NCBI GenBank assembly: GCA_041660605.1
Contig: JBAZWB010000001.1
Location: 201,295 to 265,294, forward strand
Source: Patescibacteria group bacterium
GTDB lineage: Bacteria; Patescibacteriota; Patescibacteriia; UBA10025; JAHIVO01
Direction: 5' to 3'
Length of the DNA stretch: 64,000 nucleotides
Positions within the stretch are counted from its first letter, which is position 1. Every line of letters begins with the position of its first letter. Under the pieces are notes generated by a model. The model searched no databases. It had not been told where the DNA came from and saw only the letters and a list, made by a program, of their open reading frames with translations. A program made the translations under genes and the position numbers. Below are positions 47,501 to 55,676 of the stretch, piece after piece.

Positions 47501-49845
47501 TATTGAGCACGCTTTACCAGAATCTGCCGACGCCGCTGGCTTTCGTATACCAAAGCTATGATAAAGCCCTGACTGCCAATGCGGAGGGCGGCGGCTGTTT
47601 CACCGGTGAGACGGAAATTCTCATGTCAGACGGCAGTAAAAAGAACATTGCAGATATTAAAATCGGCGATGAAGTGCTGACCAGGCGTTCGCCGCAGAGC
47701 GATGAGATGGCCGCGGCCAAAGTCACAAATAAGCTGGTGCACATGGTTGATTCTTATCTGACGATCAACGGGTTTCTCAATGTCACCCCGGAGCATATAG
47801 TTTATTTGAATGGTGATTGGCAGACAATCGGAACGGCGAAAATCGGCGATGAGCTCATGGATTATTCGGGCAATAAAATTGTCATTGAATCCATTGTCGC
47901 TCATCATCTGCCCACTGCCGTTTATAATTTGAAAATCCAGAATTACCATACTTTCATCGCCGACGGCATCTATGTGCACAATGAAAAGGGCGGCGGCCGG
48001 GAAAATTTCCAGGATATCGCTTATTTCGGCTCTGCGGAAACCGGCAGCGACGGCCAGGCTACTGTCCAATTCACCTTGCCGGATAACGTTACTTCCTGGC
48101 AGACCGCCGTTCACGCTTTAACCAAGGATCTGCAGGCAGACGCAACCCAGACAGCGGTCATCTCCACTTTGCCTTTCTTCGTTGATGTTTCCGCTTCTGC
48201 CAATTATCTGGTAGGCGATAAGCCGACCGTTAAATTAAGGAGCTTCGGCACAGGATTAAAAACCGGAGAAAATGTCATATATGACATAACTTACCCAGGC
48301 TTCAGCGAGGAGACCCAGACATTGCAGGGCGGAGCCGCGGATCCGGTGGAATTTACGCTTCCGGATTTTGCCGAAGGCGACCATTCGATCAAGGTCAAAG
48401 CCCACCAGGGCAATTCGGAAGATACGGTTACCAAAAAAATTATGTACCGCACTTCCAATATCACCACGGGGGTGACACGGCATTATCTGCTAGCGCCGCA
48501 GGTGCAGATAGAAGGCAGCAGCGCCGGCCGCACTAATCTGACGTTTGTCAGCGAGGACAGGGGGCAATATTATAATTACCTTAAATATTTGTCCTTCGCC
48601 GGCAGCGACAGGGTTGACCAGAAAGTCGCTAATTTTGCTTCCGCAAGTTTATTGAACCAATATTTCGGGGAAAATAACACGGCCGAAGCGATCAACTTCA
48701 CTGATTATCAGGTCGGGGAAGGGGGATTGTCATTACTGCCTTATTCTTCCGCAGATTTATTGTTAACTGCCAAAGCCATGGAAATGGCCGGCGACCAGTT
48801 TGACACCCAATTGGCGAAAAGCTATTTCCGGGGAATTCTGGATAATAAATCCAGCAATATAGATGAAGTCGCTTACGCGCTTTTTGGCCTGGCTAATCTG
48901 CATGAACCGGTACTGACTGACATTAATTTATTAATCGACAATAATGAAGTACCACCGGAGCTGATGCTCTACCTGGCCAGGGCCGTCTCCAACCTGGGCG
49001 CCACCGAATACGCCGCCACTCTGCTACAGCAGGTAATTAACGACCATGGCGTGCAGTCCGATCCTTATCTAAAAATAGATCTGGGCACCACGCAGGATGA
49101 CAATACTGAATACACCTATCAGGCGGCAATTTTGGCAGCGGCGGTTTCATCCGACCAGGCAGGCAAGCTTTTTGACTATGCTCAGGAAAATCCCGCCCGC
49201 GATCAGCTTAATGTTTTAGACGAGCTGGCTTACATTAAAACCAGCCTGCCTCTTTTGACAGACAATAAGGTCAGTTTTTCCTATACTTTGGGAGCTGAAA
49301 CTAAACCCATAGAATTAACCAACAATCAGGCACTGACGGTTTCCGTCACTCCGGAGCAGCTGCAGCAAATAACATTCAGCGCGATTGACGGCCAGGTTGG
49401 CGTGATCGCCTCTTATCAGCAGGCGGCTGATTGGCGTCAGCTGCCAACGGATAATTTAGTATCAGTCAAAAGGGAGTATCTGGTTAACGGCCAGGCCGTC
49501 ACGAAGTTCAATGAAAGCGATATTGTGCAGATAAACCTGACTCCCACTATCGCCGAAAAAGCGCTGGATAATGAATATCAGCTGACTGACTATCTGCCGG
49601 CAGGTCTGAAACTGCTGACCAATATTACTTCGCGCGGATTGGATTATGACCAGCAGCTGGGCTTCCCTTACGAGGTCAACGGTCAGGCGGTTAAATTCTG
49701 GACCGGCAAACCGGCCAAGGCATTCCACTATTACGCGATAGTCGTAGGCAAAGGCCAATATAAGGCTGAACCGGCGGAGATCCAGGGCTTTGTCGCCAAG
49801 GACAGCAGGAATTTCAGCCAGGCACTGGATATCACTATCAATTAA
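44587..49845 (+). CDS. Giant secreted multidomain protein with alpha-2-macroglobulin/MG-domain-like architecture and an embedded Hint (intein-like) domain
   Basis: Signal anchor; repeated beta-rich domains; 'FTLPDNVTSWQ' resembling the A2M 'PDSITTW' motif; helical TED-like C-terminal region with no CxEQ. The Hint domain has blocks 'CFTGETEIL', 'TPEHIVYL', 'VYNLKIQNYHTFIADG' and 'IYVHN'. Confidence 0.55.
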   Translation: MKKTLIIGVAAAVVIAGGIFAVVFINQPEKTPVKNNRTVPVIYTQADNQFTLKADKADALGVESDSTFTLSTKEPVSADLIKGNLAVEPKIAYKVQSSDSNTFSITPESALEKNTVYTFSVVAQAEGAATKREYQWAYQIKDNFKITGTLPRDKTANIPQNTGIEIIFSHENYTDFENFITITPQVSGRFEQHRKTLAFVPDSLAPGTLYTVLVKKGLPLSGSSDTLAEDYSFQFETDTQQAPQGGLSFSKDFFEYPSNEAPILTMQQYSDNPGEVQVEAFKYPTFEAFAEAVKSLDAVPYWAYYARRNSSYSTDGLISAVTFQAEVKQSDYQRYIEFPEQLSTGQYLIQITRDNNTAQAFLQVGNLTASYQGGKENSFIWAHSLDTQKPASGTTVSFSHDRQFTAKTDKEGLAEFASPALTTDESEGLTSTYYFTLDNNGEKLLLPVVNHYGTWMSSTASEDYWSYLYTNRTLYSPTDSIKFWGVIKSRSDKQEAQELQVRLVSYGYYYNEDSNPIIDQKTLPVSSFGTFTGSFDYANLNPGGYSIQVLAGGEEILSTWVDVATYTKPPYKIEVTTEKKAIFEGEDAVFNIKSAFFDGTPVANLDLEYTGALGSGQVKTDVNGQAQVTLQSSYTNAGYYPNYAYFSIHPVKSEISEISTDANIYTFGPHYDLQSTIDNDGLVSGSVHQVDLASINKEGGDFKWEYQGDPVANLNLGIKIYREYYTKTETGTFYDFINKKTNKTYNYDFHSDFTKESTAVSDKDGKFTYDFKAETNDNYKIEITATDAEGRQAKSYAYYYQGPRFYGYNSGYDNYYLITSQVAETENQPVYQPGQDITLNFNKNEELLAGADQKNFVYFKAQKNFFDIEVSKNPTIEFKYKDSYAPNIYAYGIYFDGRSYHLTDSLNMKYDTSLKKLNIDIQQDKKFYRPGEKVTMNLNVTDKDKRPVRAEVNISAIDEALAAIQWENPINILSTLYQNLPTPLAFVYQSYDKALTANAEGGGCFTGETEILMSDGSKKNIADIKIGDEVLTRRSPQSDEMAAAKVTNKLVHMVDSYLTINGFLNVTPEHIVYLNGDWQTIGTAKIGDELMDYSGNKIVIESIVAHHLPTAVYNLKIQNYHTFIADGIYVHNEKGGGRENFQDIAYFGSAETGSDGQATVQFTLPDNVTSWQTAVHALTKDLQADATQTAVISTLPFFVDVSASANYLVGDKPTVKLRSFGTGLKTGENVIYDITYPGFSEETQTLQGGAADPVEFTLPDFAEGDHSIKVKAHQGNSEDTVTKKIMYRTSNITTGVTRHYLLAPQVQIEGSSAGRTNLTFVSEDRGQYYNYLKYLSFAGSDRVDQKVANFASASLLNQYFGENNTAEAINFTDYQVGEGGLSLLPYSSADLLLTAKAMEMAGDQFDTQLAKSYFRGILDNKSSNIDEVAYALFGLANLHEPVLTDINLLIDNNEVPPELMLYLARAVSNLGATEYAATLLQQVINDHGVQSDPYLKIDLGTTQDDNTEYTYQAAILAAAVSSDQAGKLFDYAQENPARDQLNVLDELAYIKTSLPLLTDNKVSFSYTLGAETKPIELTNNQALTVSVTPEQLQQITFSAIDGQVGVIASYQQAADWRQLPTDNLVSVKREYLVNGQAVTKFNESDIVQINLTPTIAEKALDNEYQLTDYLPAGLKLLTNITSRGLDYDQQLGFPYEVNGQAVKFWTGKPAKAFHYYAIVVGKGQYKAEPAEIQGFVAKDSRNFSQALDITIN
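47596..47982 (+). other. Hint/BIL domain (Cys1 to terminal Asn; 129 aa) inside the 44587..49845 protein
   Basis: Intein blocks A, B, F and G are recognisable. It is flanked by GGG on both sides ('AEGGG|C...VHN|EKGGG'); the +1 residue is Glu. Confidence 0.65.
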
Positions 49846-49846
49846 A

Positions 49847-50767
49847 ATGAGAAAGAAATTCTTAATTTACTGCGGCCTTGTTTTTGCTGTCTTCGTGGCC
49901 GGTGCTGTCGGCTGGCATTTTAGCTCGGCAAAAATTAGGATGGATTCTGCAAATGATAATGCCCCGGCTTTAAAAGGCGCTGTAACTTTGGAAGTGAAAT
50001 ACTTCTATCAGCACCAGTTTGATTTATCCGTTCAAAAAGCGGAGAAAATGGAAAATAATTTTCCTGCGGCACCCATTCGCGGAGGCATTTTTCCCCATGA
50101 CATTACCCAGGGGCAGTTTATCGCGCATTTCTTCCAGGCGCTGGCCAAACAAAAACCTGAGCGCATTATAATTATCGGGCCCAACCACTTTGAGCTTAGC
50201 GGCAGCAATGTTATCACCACGCGCGCCAATTGGCAGACCGAATACGGTTTAGTCAAATCCGACCAGATGGCAGTCGCAAGGCTGTTGGAAAAGAGCGCTA
50301 TTACGCAAAACGACGATGTTGCCGCCAACGAGCATTCAATGGCGGCGATCATGCCTTTTGTTTCTTATTACTTGTCGGAGGCCACGGTTGTACCGATTAT
50401 ACTGAAGTCAGAAATCAATTTACAGGATATAAACGTCCTTTCAGACTTGATAAACGAAATTTCTGATAGCAAAACGGTGGTTGTCGCCTCGGTTGATTTT
50501 TCCCATTATCTTTCCGCCGCCCAGGCAGAACGAAATGACCAGGAAACGCTGGAAATGCTGCGGACTCTGGATTATAAAAAAATAATGTCATTCGGCCCCA
50601 GATTCAATGACTACGTTGATTCTCCGCCATCCATCGCTCTGCTGCTATATTGGCTGTCAGAAAATAATATAAAAGGATTCAGCCTGATAAATCACGCGAA
50701 TTCAGGAATATTGTCCGGCAATACGGCTGCCCCGACCACCAGCTATTTTGAGGCAGTTTATTTTTAA
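49847..50767 (+). CDS. MEMO1-family protein (AmmeMemoRadiSam system protein B-like) with an N-terminal TM anchor
   Basis: 'IIIGPNHF', 'NEHSMAAIMPFVSYY' and 'SVDFSHY' match Memo motifs. Confidence 0.5.
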   Translation: MRKKFLIYCGLVFAVFVAGAVGWHFSSAKIRMDSANDNAPALKGAVTLEVKYFYQHQFDLSVQKAEKMENNFPAAPIRGGIFPHDITQGQFIAHFFQALAKQKPERIIIIGPNHFELSGSNVITTRANWQTEYGLVKSDQMAVARLLEKSAITQNDDVAANEHSMAAIMPFVSYYLSEATVVPIILKSEINLQDINVLSDLINEISDSKTVVVASVDFSHYLSAAQAERNDQETLEMLRTLDYKKIMSFGPRFNDYVDSPPSIALLLYWLSENNIKGFSLINHANSGILSGNTAAPTTSYFEAVYF

Positions 50768-50823
50768 TTATTACCAGTAGATAGGATGTATGGCGGCTTT
50801 ATTTTTCTAATTATAATCTTCAT

Positions 50824-51375
50824 ATGAAAGGTGCGACACATGCCGCTATCGGAGCAAATATGGCCTGGGTGCCGCTGTTATTCGGATTAACAGTTCAACC
50901 CTGGTTTACTATTGTCGGAGCGTTTGCCGCGCTCTTGCCGGATCTGGATGCCTCTGAATCAAAAATAAAAAATATTACGCTTGGCGGCAGAGTGGCTGGG
51001 ATCAAGGTCGGCTTCAAACCCCTGGCTCCGCTGGCCATGATCCTGTCCGGCATTTTCGGGCACCGCGGGGCTTTGCACTCGCTGTCTTTTGTTATTTTGG
51101 TAGCAATAGGTGCTGGTTTTCTGATTCCTCATTTTACTCTGTCATTATGGCTAGTGGTGGTTTTTGGTTATCTCAGCCATCTAATACTGGATAGCCTGAC
51201 CAAGTCAGGTGTGGAATTTTTCTGGCCCTATAAAAAGAATTTTGGGCTGTTACCGCATTGGCTGCGTCTGCACACCGGGGGTTTCTTTGATTATTTAATA
51301 ATGCTGATAGGATTTGCCGGCGTGATTTTATTTTTATATTATAATTTCAGCAATGTCCCTCTTCCATTGTTCTGA
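50824..51375 (+). CDS. Membrane-bound metal-dependent hydrolase (YdjM/DUF457-like)
   Basis: 'MKGATHAAIGA...LLPDLD' and 4 TM. Confidence 0.45.
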   Translation: MKGATHAAIGANMAWVPLLFGLTVQPWFTIVGAFAALLPDLDASESKIKNITLGGRVAGIKVGFKPLAPLAMILSGIFGHRGALHSLSFVILVAIGAGFLIPHFTLSLWLVVVFGYLSHLILDSLTKSGVEFFWPYKKNFGLLPHWLRLHTGGFFDYLIMLIGFAGVILFLYYNFSNVPLPLF

Positions 51376-51566
51376 TTGACACATTTGTTTATTTTTACTA
51401 AGTTTACGCCATTAGATCATTCATTTACAGTCGGAGGGAGACTCAGTGGCAACATTAGGCTTTCAATTTGCGTATTTGTCAGGCGGACGCCTTATCTGAC
51501 CTTGGCCAAGGACGAGTGGCTGACGTAATCAGCTTCCTTAACCTGGTTAAGGGAAAGGAGGCGTCT

Positions 51567-51632
51567 ATGTCACGTGAAAACGGTGGCAGCTCTGATAGCA
51601 GCCGTTCATTCGGCGCTGGTTCAGATTGCTGA
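51567..51632 (+). CDS. Possible 21-aa small ORF (MSRENGGSSDSSRSFGAGSDC) with a strong SD
   Basis: 'aaggagg' 6 nt upstream of the ATG; the intrinsic terminator lies about 25 nt downstream. Confidence 0.2.
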   Translation: MSRENGGSSDSSRSFGAGSDC

Positions 51633-51655
51633 TCGCCAGTCTGATGTAATGTCGC

Positions 51656-51693
51656 GAGGCGGAGCAGAGTGAGACTGCACCGCCTCTTTTTTT
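51656..51693 (+). terminator. Rho-independent terminator (gaggcggagcag-agtgaga-ctgcaccgcctc + T7)
   Basis: 12-bp stem with one mismatch plus TTTTTTT. Confidence 0.6.
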
Positions 51694-51730
51694 ATTGCAG
51701 TATGATTTTTACAGTTTACCCATTGACAAA

Positions 51731-51758
51731 ATAATAAATTCTGTTAAAATGGTCTGTT
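51731..51758 (+). promoter_or_regulatory. Sigma-70-like promoter (TTGACA-16-TAAAAT) upstream of 51853
   Basis: Hexamers read from the sequence. Confidence 0.35.
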
Positions 51759-51852
51759 GCTTATAATCATATTAATATTGGTTATTTGCTAGATTGGATT
51801 GAACCTTTGACACTGAATTAGTAAACACGAACGTATACCAAGAGGAGTTATT

Positions 51853-52791
51853 ATGCGCAGAGGGTTTCTGTTTGTTCCAGTTGTGCTTGCAATACTTTTT
51901 TGCATAGCCATTATTTCTCTGTCCGTAATGGAGAGAACCTACAGAGTTGTCAGTCGTGATCAGCTGCTTGCTGAGGAGGTCGGCTATTCTTTGCCATCCT
52001 TTGGCCAGCAGTACTTTTGGGTGACTTACAATTACCCAAACAACTATTTTGCGGATACCGTTTTCATTGACTCGACTTCGAGTACTCATCTCTCGATCGT
52101 TAAGACCTACTCAATGAACAAGCTGCCGAATCAATTTACGGGGCTTATCTTTGACGGTGGAGTGCTTGTTAATCCGCCACACGATTCCAACCGGTATTAT
52201 TTCCAACTCGGCGACAGCAACTGGGCGTGGCTGCCAGCATTTGCGGTAACGAGTGACCCTCGCTTGACGCGACGCTGGCAAAAGATGGTAGATAGCCTGA
52301 TGGTATGGAAAAATCAAATGAGCTTGTATGATTTCGTAGGAAAAGCGGCTTGTACCTTGCCCCTGCCCGCAATGGTGACAGATACGATTGTAGAGCACAT
52401 CTGCCGTACCGTTGATCTACCTAAGCCATACCGGCCAAAGGATCTGATTAAGTCCCATGAGGTTTACAGAATCATGTCGGCCTATACTGCGCCAGCCCTG
52501 AATTATCAGAAAGGAAGGATTCGCGCCCAGCTTGCCGGCCACGAGATTACCAGGGACAGCCTGTCTACTATCCGTGCCGGTGATACATTGGTACAGTATT
52601 ACCATCATTTCCTGCCGATGGTGGATCAGCCGCTGGTGATGGTTGTGGAACAGGCATATGGCGACAGTTTGGCGCTAAGAACGGTCGCTCCAGTCTTTGG
52701 CGACCTGTTCCCGTATACAACGGTCGATACATGGTTTTCTCGTTTTGAGAGCAATTTGGAGTATCTTGCTCTAAGGCGAGCCGCAATTTAG
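51853..52791 (+). CDS. Hypothetical protein with an N-terminal TM anchor (312 aa)
   Basis: ORF plus hydrophobic N-terminus. Confidence 0.4.
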   Translation: MRRGFLFVPVVLAILFCIAIISLSVMERTYRVVSRDQLLAEEVGYSLPSFGQQYFWVTYNYPNNYFADTVFIDSTSSTHLSIVKTYSMNKLPNQFTGLIFDGGVLVNPPHDSNRYYFQLGDSNWAWLPAFAVTSDPRLTRRWQKMVDSLMVWKNQMSLYDFVGKAACTLPLPAMVTDTIVEHICRTVDLPKPYRPKDLIKSHEVYRIMSAYTAPALNYQKGRIRAQLAGHEITRDSLSTIRAGDTLVQYYHHFLPMVDQPLVMVVEQAYGDSLALRTVAPVFGDLFPYTTVDTWFSRFESNLEYLALRRAAI

Positions 52792-52922
52792 CTCTTTGTT
52801 TCTTCAGGCAAATATCAGTAATGTAATTACAAGCTGTACAGCCTTCTGTACAGCTTTTTTTGTTGACAATTTATTTATCAGCAGATAAACTAAAAGTTAA
52901 TAATCCAATATTTATTAATTTT

Positions 52923-53162
52923 ATGCCAGGAAAAAAGAATAAAACAACAAAAAAATCACCCAAGTCAAAGAAGATAAGCAAAAATATTTTGATCGGCGAA
53001 TTGCTTGAAAAATATCCCAAATCATTTGAAATATTGTCCAAGCACGGGTTTCACTGTATAGGCTGTTCAGTTTCTCCATACGAATCGCTGGCGGCCGGAG
53101 CGGCAGTGCATGGCATTCCCGTTGAGCCGCTGATTGAGGAATTAAATAAATCAATCAAATAG
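52923..53162 (+). CDS. DUF1858-like (hybrid-cluster-protein-associated redox disulfide) small protein with a Lys-rich N-terminus
   Basis: 'LLEKYPKSFEILSKHGFHCIGC...ESLAAGAAVHGI'. Confidence 0.4.
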   Translation: MPGKKNKTTKKSPKSKKISKNILIGELLEKYPKSFEILSKHGFHCIGCSVSPYESLAAGAAVHGIPVEPLIEELNKSIK

Positions 53163-53268
53163 TTTTTTCTGGCCAGCCAGTTTGGTTGCTGGATTTTTTT
53201 GTTTTCATTGAATTAAACCAAAAAATCGGTTATAATCTATAATGAAAGTTTAAAGTTATTTATCCAAT

Positions 53269-54774
53269 ATGTCTTTTTATCTTAAGGCACGCAAGCTGGA
53301 CATCTCCTCAGGCGGCCAGCCCTGGGTGATAGTCCTCCAGGAACAGGAAGCGCGGTCTTTTGGCGTGGTCATGGGCGATCTGATAGAAATACGCTGGGGC
53401 CGGCAGAGAGCTATGGTCGTAGCCTATTATACCCGGCGCAAAGTCCAGCGCGGAGAGATCGGTTTTTTCCGCGAAATCTGGAAATACCGGCACGTGGCCA
53501 CCGGAGAGGCTGTGTCCATAAAAGTGCTGTCCCGTCCGCCGTCAATCGAGGCCATACGCAAGAAATTATTGGGCCAACCGATTACTTACCCGGAGATGCA
53601 TGCCATTATCAGCGATATAGTCCAGCATAAACTAGGCAGCGTGGAAATAACTTATTTCGTCGCTTCCAGCTTTATCAAGGATTTTTCTGATGAGGAGCTT
53701 TTTTATATGACTAAGGCTATGGCCGATACCGGCGAAACGCTGAAAATGCCGAGTAAAATTGTGGCTGACAAGCATTCTGTCGGCGGGGTGGCCGGCAATC
53801 GCACTACCATGGTGGTCATCCCCATTGTCGCCTCATACGGCGTCTGCATTCCCAAGACTTCCTCGCGGGCCATAACCTCGCCGGCCGGCACAGCCGATAC
53901 CATGGAGGTGCTGGCGCCGGTTTCCCTGCCAATAAAAAAGGTGGAACAGATTATCAAGGATATCAAGTGCTGTCTGATCTGGGGAGGCAGTTTTCGCCTG
54001 GCGCCGGCGGATGATTATATTATCCGCGTGCAGCATTCTATGGCCATTGAGCCGTTTGATAAGATGGTCGTCAGCATCATGTCGAAGAAGATCGCCATGG
54101 GCGTGACGCATCTGGTGGTTGATCTGCCCTACGGCCCGACGGTGAAGATTCAGAGCCGGCGCGATGCCCTGGAAGTAAAAAGAAAATTTCAATATCTGGC
54201 CAGGCGGTTTGGCATAAAGATAGAAGTGGTGCTGACGGAAACTAAGGAACCAGTGGGGCGGGGCATCGGCCCATCCCTGGAAGCACGGGATGTTTTGCGC
54301 GTCCTGCAGCAGAAAGATTATCGTCCGGCAGATCTGGCCAATAAGTCAATCAAACTTTCCGGCAAGCTGCTGGAACTGGTGGGCAAAGCGAAAAAAGGCA
54401 AAGGCCATATGCTGGCCGCAGAAGCTCTGGCTTCGGGCCGTGCCTGGAAAAAAATGCAGGAGATCATCAAAGCCCAGGGCGGCAAGCCCAACATTGATTC
54501 CGAAGATCTGACCATGGCGGCCATCCGGCACCGGTTTCACGCTCCGCACGCTGGACGCGTGGTCAGCATTGATGATAAAATGGTTGATCAGATAGCCCGT
54601 ACGCTTGGAGCGCCACACGAGAAATTAGCCGGAATCTACATCAATAAAAGAATAGGACAGAAAGTCCGCAAAGGTGAGCGACTTTTCACGCTCTACGCGC
54701 AGAATAAGGACCGCATTGATATGGCTTTGGCCGCTTTAAGGAAGAAATGGATATTTGATATTAAGAAAATTTAA
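53269..54774 (+). CDS. AMP phosphorylase (archaeal-type, thymidine-phosphorylase family with an N-terminal extension)
   Basis: 'SRAITSPAGTADTME' and 'KHSVGGVAGN', with an additional N-terminal domain of roughly 90 aa; 501 aa. Confidence 0.6.
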   Translation: MSFYLKARKLDISSGGQPWVIVLQEQEARSFGVVMGDLIEIRWGRQRAMVVAYYTRRKVQRGEIGFFREIWKYRHVATGEAVSIKVLSRPPSIEAIRKKLLGQPITYPEMHAIISDIVQHKLGSVEITYFVASSFIKDFSDEELFYMTKAMADTGETLKMPSKIVADKHSVGGVAGNRTTMVVIPIVASYGVCIPKTSSRAITSPAGTADTMEVLAPVSLPIKKVEQIIKDIKCCLIWGGSFRLAPADDYIIRVQHSMAIEPFDKMVVSIMSKKIAMGVTHLVVDLPYGPTVKIQSRRDALEVKRKFQYLARRFGIKIEVVLTETKEPVGRGIGPSLEARDVLRVLQQKDYRPADLANKSIKLSGKLLELVGKAKKGKGHMLAAEALASGRAWKKMQEIIKAQGGKPNIDSEDLTMAAIRHRFHAPHAGRVVSIDDKMVDQIARTLGAPHEKLAGIYINKRIGQKVRKGERLFTLYAQNKDRIDMALAALRKKWIFDIKKI

Positions 54775-54780
54775 AAAATT

Positions 54781-54969
54781 ATGAAAAAACCAATTGTAAA
54801 TAAAGAATTATGCAGCGGCTGCGGCACGTGCGTCGCCCTGTGCCCAGACGCTTTTGAGCTGGATGAAGACGGTAAATCCCGCGTCATTGAACAGAGCGAT
54901 TATATTGATTTACCGATCCAGGAATGCATCGATAGCTGCCCGCAGCAAGCGATCAGCTGGAGCGAATAA
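54781..54969 (+). CDS. Small single-cluster ferredoxin
   Basis: 'CSGCGTCVALCP ... CIDSCP'. Confidence 0.7.
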   Translation: MKKPIVNKELCSGCGTCVALCPDAFELDEDGKSRVIEQSDYIDLPIQECIDSCPQQAISWSE

Positions 54970-55115
54970 AAAGAATTAGTAATAAAAATGCGCTTTTTAA
55001 CTGGGGCGCATTTGTGTTTAACCAAATATTGGCTCCGTCCGTTCATAGAATATTAATTATCGTAGCTGTATAATTAGCTAAGTGTAACGAAAAATAAGCC
55101 GTAACGATATAATAA

Positions 55116-55676
55116 TTGAACATGCTTCAAGAAGGGGAAATCCAAAAATTGGTTGCCCGGGCGCAGTCAGGCCGGTCTGACAGCATATCAGGGATATATG
55201 AGGTTTTTAAAGACCGGATTTATCGCTTTTTTTTATTCCGTTCGGAAAACAGGGAAACAGCGGAAGATCTGACCCAGAGCGTATTTCTTGAAATGATTCG
55301 CTCCCTCCCACGATATAAGGAACAGAGCAACGCGAAATTTTCTACCTGGCTTTTCCAGATCGCCAGATTCAGATTGATAGATTATTACCGCAAAGCCAGG
55401 AAAAAGGTTAATTTAGACGACCTGGAAGGCGAAAGGCACCCCTCCCTGACAACAGAGCCAGAGGAAGTGGCAATAGATACCCGTTATGAAGCAGCGAGAA
55501 AGATTTTGAAAGAATTACCGGAAAAATACCAAACCGTTATTCATCTGACGATTATTGAGGAATTCAGCCTGGCCGAAACTGCAAAAATAATGTCAATCAC
55601 TATAATCAATGTCAGGGTCCTGAAATTCCGGGCGTTAAAAAAGATTCGTTTAATAATGGAACAAGATGAAAAATAA
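55116..55676 (+). CDS. ECF (sigma-24-type) RNA polymerase sigma factor
   Basis: Region 2 'DLTQSVFLEMI...WLFQIARFRLIDYYRKARK' and a region 4 HTH 'FSLAETAKIMSITI'. Confidence 0.8.
   Translation: MNMLQEGEIQKLVARAQSGRSDSISGIYEVFKDRIYRFFLFRSENRETAEDLTQSVFLEMIRSLPRYKEQSNAKFSTWLFQIARFRLIDYYRKARKKVNLDDLEGERHPSLTTEPEEVAIDTRYEAARKILKELPEKYQTVIHLTIIEEFSLAETAKIMSITIINVRVLKFRALKKIRLIMEQDEK

Noticed and set aside
47596-47982. Canonical self-splicing intein inside the giant protein
   Set aside because: The residue following the terminal Asn is Glu, not Cys/Ser/Thr, so protein splicing is not expected. It is treated as a BIL/Hint-type domain instead.
48100-49845. Classical A2M thioester (CxEQ) in the C-terminal TED-like region
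   Set aside because: No CGEQ/CLEQ-like motif was found by eye. The protein is described as thioester-less unless the Hint domain provides one.
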